Shown here: positions 17,762-26,767 of the stretch, piece after piece | Layout of the letters: each line of letters opens with the position of its first letter | Numbering within the stretch: the first letter of the stretch is position 1 | From: an uncultured bacterium | Lineage (GTDB): Bacteria > Patescibacteriota > Dojkabacteria > SC72 | NCBI GenBank assembly: GCA_903906305.1 | Contig: CAIVJR010000003.1 | Location: 1 to 56,874 of the forward strand | Reading direction: 5' to 3' | Length of the DNA: 56,874 nucleotides | Notes under the pieces: generated by a model | What the model was told of the DNA's origin: nothing | The model's database searches: none | What the model saw: only the letters and a program-made list of their open reading frames with translations | Program-made: the position numbers and the translations under genes

Positions 17762-19669
17762 ATGGAATATTCACCAATAGATCAAAAAAATCTAAGAAAC
17801 ATCGCTATTATTGCGCACGTAGACCACGGTAAAACTACCCTGGTCGATGCCTTTATGAAGCAAAACCATCTTTTTAGAGATAACCAGGATGAAATGTCTG
17901 AGACTCAGATTTTGGACTCAAGTGAATTAGAAAGAGAAAAGGGCATTACCATTAGTGCAAAGAATATTTCAATCAGATACAAGGGATACAAAATCAATAT
18001 CATTGATACTCCAGGTCATGCAGATTTCGGTGGAGAAGTAGAAAGAACATTAAATATGGCAGATAGCTGTTTACTTTTAGTAGATGCAAAAGAAGGACCA
18101 ATGCCACAAACAAAATTTGTCTTGAAGAGAGCATTGGAGATGGGACTCAAACCAATCGTTGTTGTAAACAAAATAGACAAGAAATTAGCAAATATCGAAA
18201 AAACAATTAGTAAAGTACAAGATCTCTTCTTAGCGTTAGCTACAGACTCTGAACAGTTAGAATTCCCTGTTTACTATGCAATAGCTAGAGAAGGTAAAAT
18301 CTTCAAGGAGATGCCAAAGGGTGACCTCACAGTACCTAATAGCGTACCAGGTGATGTAACTCCAATATTGGATGAGATCATTGCAAGTATGCCAGCACCA
18401 AAGGGTGACCCAGAAGGAGCATTCCAGATGCAAGTAACTTCTTTAGAATTTGATGTACATACTGGTAGATACCTAATTGGAGAAATCAATAGAGGAAGTG
18501 TAAAATTAAATGATCCAGTGATATTGATTTCTAACAAACCTGGAAAAGAAGAAAAAGTTCAAGGAAGAGTCAGAGGTCTTTTTGTTAAGGAAGGTATGGG
18601 ATGGCAGGCTATTACAGCTGCAAAAGCAGGAGAGATTGTCGCTATCACAGGTATCGAATCCACCAAAATTGGAGCAACTATATGTGATATCAACAACCAA
18701 GATGTACTTCCAGAAATTGCAATTACTCCACCATCAGTGAGAGTTAAATTTCAAGCTAATACCTCTCCTTTCTTAGGAAAAGAAGGTAAATTTGTTACAG
18801 ACAAACAGTTAGCACAAAGGTTAGAACAAGAAAAGAATTTAAACATTAGTTTGGATATTACAAACAATGGATCCAATAGTTTCTTTGTTGCAGGTAGAGG
18901 AGAACTTCAATTAGCAATCCTTGTTGAGCAATTAAGAAGAGAAGGATTCGAACTTCAATTGAGTAAGCCTGAGGTTATTCTTCAGAATATAGATGGTGTA
19001 ATCAGCGAACCTATTGAAGAACTAACAATTGATGCTCCAGAAGAATATATGAGTGTTGTAACACAAGAGGTAAGTGACAGAAAAGGTGAAATGATTAATA
19101 TTGAAAATGAAGATGGTCAAACTAGATTTACATACAAGATTTTAACCAGAAACTTGATTGGTCTTCACAGATCATTAATGAATGCTACAAAGGGAGAGGC
19201 TATAATCAACAGTTTCATTGCAGAATATATTCCATATATCAAACAACCGGAACTATTTAGAAAAGGTGTTATCGTATCCTCAGAGACAGGCACTGCACTT
19301 GGATATTCATTGACTACAATACAAGACAGAGGAAAGTTATTTATCTCTGGATCTGAACCTGTCTACGAAGGAATGGTTATTGGTATTAACAACAATGAAG
19401 AAGATATTATGGTAAACCCATGTAAGGCTAGACATAAGACTAACGTCAGAATGTCTCATGCTGAGGTCACTATCGTCTCTCTAAGGGCTACAATTCCTCT
19501 TACATTAGAATATGCACTTTCATTCATAAATGATGATGAGTTAATTGAAGTAACTCCTGTGAGTATTAGGTTGAGAAAGAAACTTCTTACTGATACTCAA
19601 AGAACATGGGCTAAGAGAAAGAATCTAACTGCATATGCACAGCAACAGTTAGAAGGTATGACTGAATAA
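17762..19669 (+). CDS. typA: translational GTPase TypA/BipA
   Basis: AHVDHGKTTL, DTPGH, NKID G-motifs with EF-G-like domains. First ATG is at 17762; the track start GTG 17741 is part of the promoter motif GTGGTAAAAT. Confidence 0.9.
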   Translation: MEYSPIDQKNLRNIAIIAHVDHGKTTLVDAFMKQNHLFRDNQDEMSETQILDSSELEREKGITISAKNISIRYKGYKINIIDTPGHADFGGEVERTLNMADSCLLLVDAKEGPMPQTKFVLKRALEMGLKPIVVVNKIDKKLANIEKTISKVQDLFLALATDSEQLEFPVYYAIAREGKIFKEMPKGDLTVPNSVPGDVTPILDEIIASMPAPKGDPEGAFQMQVTSLEFDVHTGRYLIGEINRGSVKLNDPVILISNKPGKEEKVQGRVRGLFVKEGMGWQAITAAKAGEIVAITGIESTKIGATICDINNQDVLPEIAITPPSVRVKFQANTSPFLGKEGKFVTDKQLAQRLEQEKNLNISLDITNNGSNSFFVAGRGELQLAILVEQLRREGFELQLSKPEVILQNIDGVISEPIEELTIDAPEEYMSVVTQEVSDRKGEMINIENEDGQTRFTYKILTRNLIGLHRSLMNATKGEAIINSFIAEYIPYIKQPELFRKGVIVSSETGTALGYSLTTIQDRGKLFISGSEPVYEGMVIGINNNEEDIMVNPCKARHKTNVRMSHAEVTIVSLRATIPLTLEYALSFINDDELIEVTPVSIRLRKKLLTDTQRTWAKRKNLTAYAQQQLEGMTE

Positions 19670-19878
19670 TCAGATACACCCAGCTACTTTCACAGATATA
19701 CCATACGATATTTCCTTGTAATAAAGGATTTCTTTTGTGTTGACTTTCATTTTCCAATAAAGGTAATATATAAGACAAGCAGGGGCATTGATGTTTGATT
19801 TTAACTGGTCGCTAATGAATCAAACGGAGCCAATAGCGAACCCAATCTGCAAATATAATAAGCTTTATATTTAAGGAT

Positions 19879-20385
19879 ATGAAAACAACTGCTCTCTTGG
19901 TTTCGCTTTCGTTAGTATGTCTTTGTCTTTTTTCAGCAAAAGTAGATGCTGCTGACAGTGCTACTGTAAATGCTACAGTGACAGCACAGAATATCTCAGT
20001 TACTGTATCAAGTGGAACCATTGCCTACGGAATTCTTCCTGTTAACACAAGCAAAAGCACAATTGCAGCTGATTTAAATGCATTACAGACAGCTACAAAT
20101 ACCGGTAATGTTGCAGAAGATTTAAATATTAAAGGAGCAAACAGTACAGCATGGACATTATCTGCAACACCTGGAGCAGAGCAATATACTCATAAATTCT
20201 GTACAACAACATGTACAACTCCTCCTACTAATTTCACAGCTTTAACAACAAATTACCAAACACTAGGTACAGATGTTGCAACAAGCGGAACTAAGACATT
20301 TGATTTACAAATCACAACACCAACATCAACAGCAGTATTCACAGCACAGAATGTAGATGTTATAGTACAAGCAGTTGCACACTAA
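19879..20385 (+). CDS. secreted Thr/Ala/Asn-rich small protein (putative surface-fibre subunit)
   Basis: 168 aa. Signal peptide ending KVDA|AD and no C-terminal anchor. Five N-x-S/T sequons. Motif TAQN-x-x-V-x-V occurs at both the mature N-terminus and the C-terminus. Confidence 0.5.
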   Translation: MKTTALLVSLSLVCLCLFSAKVDAADSATVNATVTAQNISVTVSSGTIAYGILPVNTSKSTIAADLNALQTATNTGNVAEDLNIKGANSTAWTLSATPGAEQYTHKFCTTTCTTPPTNFTALTTNYQTLGTDVATSGTKTFDLQITTPTSTAVFTAQNVDVIVQAVAH

Positions 20386-20407
20386 TTATTTTATATCTGA
20401 AAACTGA

Positions 20408-21016
20408 ATGAGAAAGTTATCTGTTATCCTGCTCTCTTTGGTAAGTGTTTGCCTTTTATCAACATTTGCATATGCAAAGATTGGGGTAGGAGTAGGAACA
20501 GGTAAAATTGTTGTTAATGATATTCTCAAACCAGGACAAATATATATACTTCCCTCATTAACAGTTTTAAATACTGGAGATGAAAAGTCAACCTACAAGG
20601 TATCTATATCGTATCATGAGAATCAACCCGAGTTAATGCCTTCACAAGATCTTTTTCAATTTTCCCCAGAGACATTTGAACTAGCACCTGGTGATGCTAA
20701 GGTAGTTAATATAAAACTTAATCTTCCCTTAAAGATAGAACCTGGAAAATATTTTGCATATCTTGAAGCTTCTCCAACTGCAACCGCAGAAACCTCCGCA
20801 GGTACATCCATAGGAGTAGCTGCAGCTGCTAAACTATACTTTGAAATAGCTCCTGCAAACATATTTCAAGCAATATATTACAAACTTGTTTCCCTTTGGA
20901 TCCTTTACTCTCCTTGGTCACTTAGAGTAACAATATTCATTGGATTAATAATCGCAGTTTTACTCTTGAGAAAGTTTTTAAATATAAATATAAGCCTAAG
21001 GAAGAAAGATGAATGA
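20408..21016 (+). CDS. signal-peptide protein with Ig-like beta-sandwich region and C-terminal TM anchor
   Basis: 202 aa. Signal peptide, then alternating beta-strand pattern (TYKVSISY, AKVVNIKLNL, GKYFAYLEA), then C-terminal helix VTIFIGLIIAVLLL followed by basic residues. Confidence 0.5.
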   Translation: MRKLSVILLSLVSVCLLSTFAYAKIGVGVGTGKIVVNDILKPGQIYILPSLTVLNTGDEKSTYKVSISYHENQPELMPSQDLFQFSPETFELAPGDAKVVNIKLNLPLKIEPGKYFAYLEASPTATAETSAGTSIGVAAAAKLYFEIAPANIFQAIYYKLVSLWILYSPWSLRVTIFIGLIIAVLLLRKFLNINISLRKKDE

Positions 21017-21546
21017 AAATCTTAGGAAAATTGATTGCAACAATTAGTTTAATATCTATACTCCCACTGGCAGTATTGGCATATTCAGATTCTTCTCGGA
21101 TAGGGGCATCTGTAAAGATATCGGTCTGTGGAGATGACATTATAGAAGGAAAAGAAGAATGCGAAAAGGGATTAGGTATACAATATAACTGTAAAGATTT
21201 TGGATACATCTCTAAACCAATTAGTTGCGATATTAGTTGCGCATATGATCTTTTGAGTTGCCAAACAGTAAAAGCAATTGATAATAATAACAATAATGAA
21301 GATATAGAAGAGTCATCCCTTCCAACTTTAATGATCGACTGGGATCAAGATAGTGATGGGATATTAACAATAAAAGAATTTGCTTCATTCATAACAAATT
21401 GGGTAAGTAACTGGAAATCATTCATTGTACTACCTAAAGAAAACATCGAAAAAGACACAGTTGCAAAGGAGTGTGATATTAATTCAGACAAAACATGTAA
21501 TATAACTGATTTCTCAATAATATTGTATTATTTAAATAATGACTAA
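21013..21546 (+). CDS. secreted Cys-rich-repeat protein with dockerin-like double EF-hand
   Basis: 177 aa. Signal peptide, CGDDIIEGKEECE Cys-rich repeat, poly-Asn linker, and two Ca-loop motifs DQDSDGILTIKE and DINSDKTCNITD. ATGA overlap with the upstream gene. Confidence 0.6.
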   Translation: MKILGKLIATISLISILPLAVLAYSDSSRIGASVKISVCGDDIIEGKEECEKGLGIQYNCKDFGYISKPISCDISCAYDLLSCQTVKAIDNNNNNEDIEESSLPTLMIDWDQDSDGILTIKEFASFITNWVSNWKSFIVLPKENIEKDTVAKECDINSDKTCNITDFSIILYYLNND

Positions 21547-22579
21547 TCGAGAAAGAATAAAACCAATACAAACTATTCTCCTACTGATTCCTACAGTTGC
21601 CCTGTCTTGGATCTTTGTACATGTATTTGCAATCTTAGGTATCTTTTTAGCTGTCGCATACCCAATATGGTGGCTAATATTCCCTAAGGGTACTCCATGC
21701 ATTTTCTGTAGGACAACTCCATTAGGTGAAGAATGTCCCGCTTGTCATGAAGTAGTTACAATTGATAGAAGGTCACCAGCAAATTTCATCTCGGTAACAA
21801 AAAACTTTTTATTAATAATGTTAATTTCAGGTATTTCAGTATTAGCTGTATATGGAGAAACTTTAGCACTTGGTAAGCTTGGAATACAATTAGAAGAAGC
21901 CAAAGTGGAATTCGTCATACAGGACAAACAACAGTACAAAATTGGAGAAATATTTCCAATTGATTTGAATATAAATAGTAATGGGGTAAATATAAATGCA
22001 GTACAAACAGATATCGGTTTTAACCCAGACAAAATTGAGATAGTAAAACTTTCATTAGAAGAGTCCTTTGCACAAATATTTATTCAAAAAGAGATTAATA
22101 ACGATAGTGGATATTTGAGAGTTACAGGAGGATTACCTTCACCAGGATACAACGGTGATAATGGCCATTTTGCTACAGTATACTTTCGATCCAAAGAAGC
22201 CGGCATATTTGATATACAATTTCTTCCATCCTCCCTTGTGTTAGAAAATGACGGGAATGGGACTAATGTTCTTAAGTCATATCCAAAAACTTCATATTTA
22301 ATCAAACCTGAATATGTCACAGAAACAGAAAAGGAACTTCAAAGCACTATCTTAAGTCTTAATGGAAATGGAGTACTTGGGGTTGATTCAACCAATAAAC
22401 AGATGTTGTTCTTTGATAGTACTAATAACACGGAAAATATTATGGGTGTAGAAGATATTGATGATACAGATACAACAGAAAAAGCAGAAGAAACGAAATC
22501 ATTTTGGAAGATATTATTAATGATTGATCAATGGATTGTTGGAATACTAGCAAAATTATTAGAGGTATTTAAATTCTAA
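21539..22579 (+). CDS. membrane-anchored cohesin-domain protein with cytoplasmic Cys4 loop
   Basis: 346 aa. Two N-terminal TM helices, CIFC..CPAC, a third TM helix, then a cohesin-like domain (KIGEIFPIDLNINSNGVNINAVQTDIGFNPDKIEIV..GHFATVYFRSKEAGIFDIQF), an acidic linker and a C-terminal hydrophobic helix. Confidence 0.6.
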   Translation: MTNRERIKPIQTILLLIPTVALSWIFVHVFAILGIFLAVAYPIWWLIFPKGTPCIFCRTTPLGEECPACHEVVTIDRRSPANFISVTKNFLLIMLISGISVLAVYGETLALGKLGIQLEEAKVEFVIQDKQQYKIGEIFPIDLNINSNGVNINAVQTDIGFNPDKIEIVKLSLEESFAQIFIQKEINNDSGYLRVTGGLPSPGYNGDNGHFATVYFRSKEAGIFDIQFLPSSLVLENDGNGTNVLKSYPKTSYLIKPEYVTETEKELQSTILSLNGNGVLGVDSTNKQMLFFDSTNNTENIMGVEDIDDTDTTEKAEETKSFWKILLMIDQWIVGILAKLLEVFKF

Positions 22580-22580
22580 T

Positions 22581-22616
22581 AAAAAAAAGGGAGACCTTTC
22601 GGTCTCCCTTTAATTT
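22581..22616. terminator. bidirectional intrinsic terminator
   Basis: A8 tract, then perfect 8-bp GC-rich hairpin GGGAGACC-tttc-GGTCTCCC (22589-22608), then a T-rich tail. Lies between convergent genes. Confidence 0.8.
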
Positions 22617-22631
22617 CAAAACAACAACGGA

Positions 22632-22940
22632 TTACCTTCTGTCGTAACCACCTCTGTTATCTCTATCACCAAATGATCTGTTCTCTCTAGGAGTTTCCTC
22701 TCTAGCTTCAGATACATTCAATGCTCTTGCGTCAAGCTCTTTTCCGTTTAACTCAGCGATTGCTCTCTGAGCTTCTTCTTCGGTTGACATCTTAACAAAA
22801 CCAAATCCTTTAGATCGGTTTTTGATTCTGTCTTTTATAACGACTGCTTCAAGAACAGTACCAACAGAACTAAAGAAATCTTTAAGCATAGCGTCATCGA
22901 CGTTCCAGCTCAAGTTTCCTACAAATAACTTGTTTCCCAT
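22632..22940 (-). CDS. RRM-type RNA-binding protein with Arg/Gly-rich tail
   Basis: 102 aa with RNP-2 LFVGNL and RNP-1 KGFGFVKM. Confidence 0.85.
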   Translation of the reverse strand: MGNKLFVGNLSWNVDDAMLKDFFSSVGTVLEAVVIKDRIKNRSKGFGFVKMSTEEEAQRAIAELNGKELDARALNVSEAREETPRENRSFGDRDNRGGYDRR

Positions 22941-23074
22941 TTATTTATAAATGTATAAATTATATTCGCTATACCAATAACTTGGGAGAAAAATTACTCA
23001 AAGCAGTCTATTCAACGCTCCAATAGCAAAAGTATTATAGCATGTCTTGAGCAGAAAATATATATACGTAAGAG

Positions 23075-24313
23075 TTATTGTATATTCTTCTTTATCCTTA
23101 AGTATCCGATCAATTCTTTAAACGATGGCCTTCTGTTAAACATAAGACACCCCAACTCAAATAACTTCAAAGCTAAGAACATAGCAACTACAACATAGAT
23201 AATAGAAGTACATATACCTATTATTAACTCCACTGTTGGAAGTGCTCCAAACGAGTTTCTAATTAGCAGTACCATAAAGGAGGTAAATGGAAAATAGCTT
23301 AATGCTATGGAAAGAGGACCATTCGGGCTAATAAGTAAAATCTGCATCAAATACATAGGAAAGATCGAGAGGATTATAAATATTGATGAAAGATTTCTAC
23401 TATCCTCAGCACCAGTACCTACAGCACCAGTACCAATCATAATCGCTGCAAAGAATAAGAATCCCATAAATATCAAAAAGATATTTAAAGGTAAAAGTGA
23501 TAAATCAATATTATTAAAATCAATAGGAATAGGTAGGCTAAACTTGCTCATAACTACTTTGTATATTCCAAAACCAAATATTAACCAAGTAGAAAGTTGT
23601 GTAAACATAACTCCCATCAAGCCAAGCATCTTTCCAAACATAAGGGATTTTTTATCTACAATTGAAAGAATCGTTTCAATCATCCTATTTTCTTTTTCGG
23701 CCGAAACACTTTGTAACATAAAACCAGAAGAAATATATACAGACATAAAGAAGACAACCATCGAAGCAATTGGCAGAAGATATTTTTCGAATCCTTCTTT
23801 TTTAAGAGTTCCCTTCTCATCATAAGTATAACTTGTACTTGTAGGTTTTCCATTTAGAATATTTATTACCCCAGGATTAGAGATCCCCGATATTGCACTT
23901 TGCTTAACAAATGCATTGATTACAGAAGGTAAATTAGCCGTACCTATGAAATCAGCGTCCTTTCTATAATAAAAAGTAGAGGTTAAGTCATTATAATAAT
24001 TATCAGATAATGTAACCAATACAACAGATTTATCTGCTTTAACCATCTCCTTACTAGCCTCTACGTTCGTAGTAGATTCATACGGCGCAACAAAAAACGC
24101 TGGGTTAATAACAGTTTGAGGATCATATATAAATATTTTTGAAAAAGAAGTCGGTTTTTCAACCTGTTTTGCAGCCTCAACTGATGATAATCCAGAAACT
24201 AAACCTATCACACCAATGAATAATGGTAAAAATAGGGTAGCCAACCAAAAACTTTTCTTTTTGATTGTTTTTAGATATTCAAATTTTGCTACTTCTAAGT
24301 AATTCTTTTTCAT
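23075..24313 (-). CDS. ABC-2 type exporter permease (NatB-like)
   Basis: 412 aa. N-terminal TM helix, large extracytoplasmic domain and a C-terminal 5-6 TM bundle. 1-nt overlap with the upstream ATPase gene. Confidence 0.65.
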   Translation of the reverse strand: MKKNYLEVAKFEYLKTIKKKSFWLATLFLPLFIGVIGLVSGLSSVEAAKQVEKPTSFSKIFIYDPQTVINPAFFVAPYESTTNVEASKEMVKADKSVVLVTLSDNYYNDLTSTFYYRKDADFIGTANLPSVINAFVKQSAISGISNPGVINILNGKPTSTSYTYDEKGTLKKEGFEKYLLPIASMVVFFMSVYISSGFMLQSVSAEKENRMIETILSIVDKKSLMFGKMLGLMGVMFTQLSTWLIFGFGIYKVVMSKFSLPIPIDFNNIDLSLLPLNIFLIFMGFLFFAAIMIGTGAVGTGAEDSRNLSSIFIILSIFPMYLMQILLISPNGPLSIALSYFPFTSFMVLLIRNSFGALPTVELIIGICTSIIYVVVAMFLALKLFELGCLMFNRRPSFKELIGYLRIKKNIQ

Positions 24314-25206
24314 TATTTCATTATCTCTATAAATACTTGATTGAGACTTGGATAGTCTAGGTTAAAACTAATTAACTTCACACCCTGTTCAAGAAGATTC
24401 TTAAGTATCTCATCTTCTGTAACATCCTTGTTTGGGATTAATTCTGCTGTCTTATTTGTGATGATAGCAGTATAAAGGTCGTTCTTCTCAGCAGGAGCCC
24501 AACTTCCAAATTCAATGTATATGTTCTTACTTCCATGCCTTGCACGTACCTCGTTCACAGAACCATATTCTAATCTTACACCATCCTTAATAATCAATAA
24601 TCTATCTGCCATCTTCTGTGCTTCATCAATAACATGAGTACTGTACAAAATAGTCGCACCTTTTTTTCCTTTTTCCGTAAGCAAATCAACGTAAAGTTGT
24701 CTATTTACAGGATCTAAACCCTTAAATGGTTCATCCAATATTAATATCTCGGGATTATGAATCAATGCTGTTCCCAATTGAACCTTTTGTTGCATTCCCG
24801 AGCTTAACTGCGAAATTTGTTTATCCTTATGCAATATCAACCCAACCATATCTAAATATTCTAAACTTCTCTTCATAGCTTCATTCGCATCAATACCTCT
24901 TAGCCTTGCTGTATATGAAAGGATATCAATCACAGAGACATCTCTGTACAAACCTCTCTCTTCTGGTAGGTACCCAATTATGCTGTTTAGTTCTTCTGAA
25001 TATTCTTTTCCATTGATTAATAGTTTTCCCTCATCAGCTTGATAGATTTTCAAAAGACATCTAATTGTAGTCGTCTTTCCCGATCCATTCGTACCTAAAA
25101 ATGCAAAAACTTCACCGTCTGCAACTTCAAATGAAAGGTCTTGCACTGCCTTGATTGCACCAAAGGTTTTAGAAAAATTATCGATTTTGATAGAGAATTT
25201 TGCCAT
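24313..25206 (-). CDS. ABC transporter ATP-binding protein (NatA-like)
   Basis: Walker A GTNGSGKTT, signature LSSGMQQ, Walker B ILILDEP. The track start is 25212. The second ATG at 25206 lies exactly 6 nt after extended -10 TGATATCGT (rc 25213-25221). Confidence 0.85.
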   Translation of the reverse strand: MAKFSIKIDNFSKTFGAIKAVQDLSFEVADGEVFAFLGTNGSGKTTTIRCLLKIYQADEGKLLINGKEYSEELNSIIGYLPEERGLYRDVSVIDILSYTARLRGIDANEAMKRSLEYLDMVGLILHKDKQISQLSSGMQQKVQLGTALIHNPEILILDEPFKGLDPVNRQLYVDLLTEKGKKGATILYSTHVIDEAQKMADRLLIIKDGVRLEYGSVNEVRARHGSKNIYIEFGSWAPAEKNDLYTAIITNKTAELIPNKDVTEDEILKNLLEQGVKLISFNLDYPSLNQVFIEIMK

Positions 25207-25212
25207 TTCCAT

Positions 25213-25221
25213 ACGATATCA
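25213..25221 (-). promoter_or_regulatory. extended -10 (TGATATCGT) for the ABC exporter operon
   Basis: The reverse complement reads TGATATCGT. 6 nt before ATG 25206. Confidence 0.45.
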
Positions 25222-25271
25222 AAGTGAAGATATATTTGCAATATCGTTCATATTTCTAGTATTCTTGATAT

Positions 25272-25988
25272 ATGAAAAATATTAAAAAGACACTATTATT
25301 TTCACTTATCATATTCATTGGATTGATATCAGCTCGCCAAGTTATGGCAAGTACGACATATACCCAAACTGAAGTAGCACAACATAATACAAGTAGTAAT
25401 TGTTGGGCGATATATGAAAGTGAGGTATACGATATAACTACATATTTGAATATACATAATCAGAAATATTCAGATATTACCTCATGGTGTGGAACTGATA
25501 TGACAACTGATTTTGACAGTGTTCGAAAACATCAGGGAGAAGCTACTACATTATTAGCATCTTTTAAGGTCGGAACAATCTCTACTGCTACACCTTCTAC
25601 TACTACACAAACTTCAACAGTAACGGATACAAGTTCACAAACTGAAACTACGGCAACATCAAATACAACAGTACTAAAAAATCCATATAATTTGTTTCTA
25701 CCTTTAATTCTTGGAATGGTATTGTATTGGGGAAGCCTACTAATATTCAGCAAATACCTCAAACAATTTAATGCCTTCTGGAATACAATTCTTCTACTTA
25801 CATTCTTGATACCAACTTTTGGTTTTGGAATCTTCATGATGTTCCAATATAGATTTCCTTCGCTCATGGATACAAGCTTCAGATTTATGTACTGGCATGT
25901 AGAATTCTCCGTATTTATGGGTGTGCTTGGAATCTCTCACTTCATACGTAGAGCAAAAATATATTTAATGCAAATCAAACAAAGATGA
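25272..25988 (+). CDS. membrane protein with extracytoplasmic cytochrome-b5-like domain and His-containing 4-TM C-domain
   Basis: 238 aa. Signal/anchor, then EVAQHNTSSNCWAIYESEVYDITTYLNIH..TDF..RKH (cyt-b5 fold pattern, HPGG replaced by IHNQ), a Thr-rich linker, and TM helices with WHVEF/SHF histidines. Confidence 0.5.
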   Translation: MKNIKKTLLFSLIIFIGLISARQVMASTTYTQTEVAQHNTSSNCWAIYESEVYDITTYLNIHNQKYSDITSWCGTDMTTDFDSVRKHQGEATTLLASFKVGTISTATPSTTTQTSTVTDTSSQTETTATSNTTVLKNPYNLFLPLILGMVLYWGSLLIFSKYLKQFNAFWNTILLLTFLIPTFGFGIFMMFQYRFPSLMDTSFRFMYWHVEFSVFMGVLGISHFIRRAKIYLMQIKQR

Positions 25989-26530
25989 TAGAGAAGATAG
26001 CAATACATACATGCTGTGCCGATTGTTTAATACACTTAGTAGAATCACTTGAAGAGGAAAAGCAAATTTCAAAAAATACAGAAATCGCTCTTCTTTTTTA
26101 CAATCCCAATATACATCCTAAGACAGAGTATATGGAGAGATTGAATGCACTTAAGATTGTCTTGAAGGAAAAATATCCAGATTGGGATATGAGGTTAGTA
26201 GTTCCAGATTACAAACCACAGGAATATTTTGAAAGTATAGTAGGAAGGGAAAAACGATGTTTGGGATGTTGGGAATTGAGACTCGCAAAAGCTTTTGAAT
26301 ATGCCAAAGCACATGATATTAGATATATATCTTCAACACTCCTTGGAAGTCATTACCAAGATAAAGCAACAATTTTAGAGATTGCAAAACGATTAGAAGA
26401 TAAAGATACCAATATCATATATCCAAAAGATGAACACGATCATCCAATGAATAGGGGATTTTACAAGCAAAATTATTGTGGGTGTTGCTATTCATTAAAT
26501 GAAAAACTTTTTGAAAAGTACGTAAAGTAA
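25985..26530 (+). CDS. queH: epoxyqueuosine reductase QueH (DUF208)
   Basis: 181 aa. HTCCADC near the N-terminus and QNYCGCCYS near the C-terminus, as in QueH. Confidence 0.75.
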   Translation: MIEKIAIHTCCADCLIHLVESLEEEKQISKNTEIALLFYNPNIHPKTEYMERLNALKIVLKEKYPDWDMRLVVPDYKPQEYFESIVGREKRCLGCWELRLAKAFEYAKAHDIRYISSTLLGSHYQDKATILEIAKRLEDKDTNIIYPKDEHDHPMNRGFYKQNYCGCCYSLNEKLFEKYVK

Positions 26531-26583
26531 TAACTAGTCATTTCAAAATTCCAATATTTCAGAATAAAAATGTATAATAAATT

Positions 26584-26724
26584 ATGAACAGTATCTTTTT
26601 CATAATTTTAGTAGCCGTACTAGTTGTAACATTAGCATTGCTAATAATTCTTTCATATTTCCATCCCTCAAAGAGTAATGATGAGGAAGAAGATGAAACG
26701 AATGGAGAGGAAAAAGAAGAATAA
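26584..26724 (+). CDS. 46-aa micro-protein (N-terminal TM helix, acidic tail)
   Basis: Not in the ORF track. MNSIFFIILVAVLVVTLALLIILSYFHPSKSNDEEEDETNGEEKEE. TATAAT (26573-26578) lies 5 nt before the ATG. Confidence 0.4.
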   Translation: MNSIFFIILVAVLVVTLALLIILSYFHPSKSNDEEEDETNGEEKEE

Positions 26725-26767
26725 TTTCAGTAAGGTTTTTGTAAGAATTCATATTGTACAATAGACA

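Noticed and set aside
19873-19877. AAGGA upstream of the secreted-protein gene as a Shine-Dalgarno site
   Set aside because: It ends only 1 nt before ATG 19879, too close to function as an SD. A TATATT box 7 nt upstream (19866-19871) fits the leaderless pattern better.
19776-19878. Possible structured leader RNA upstream of the surface operon (stems GTTTGATT/AATCAAAC and GGTCGCTA/TAGCGAACC)
   Set aside because: The stems are short and imperfect, and the promoter assignment is ambiguous (TTGACT-18-TAATAT at 19740-19769 versus proximal -10 boxes). No known riboswitch pattern was recognised.
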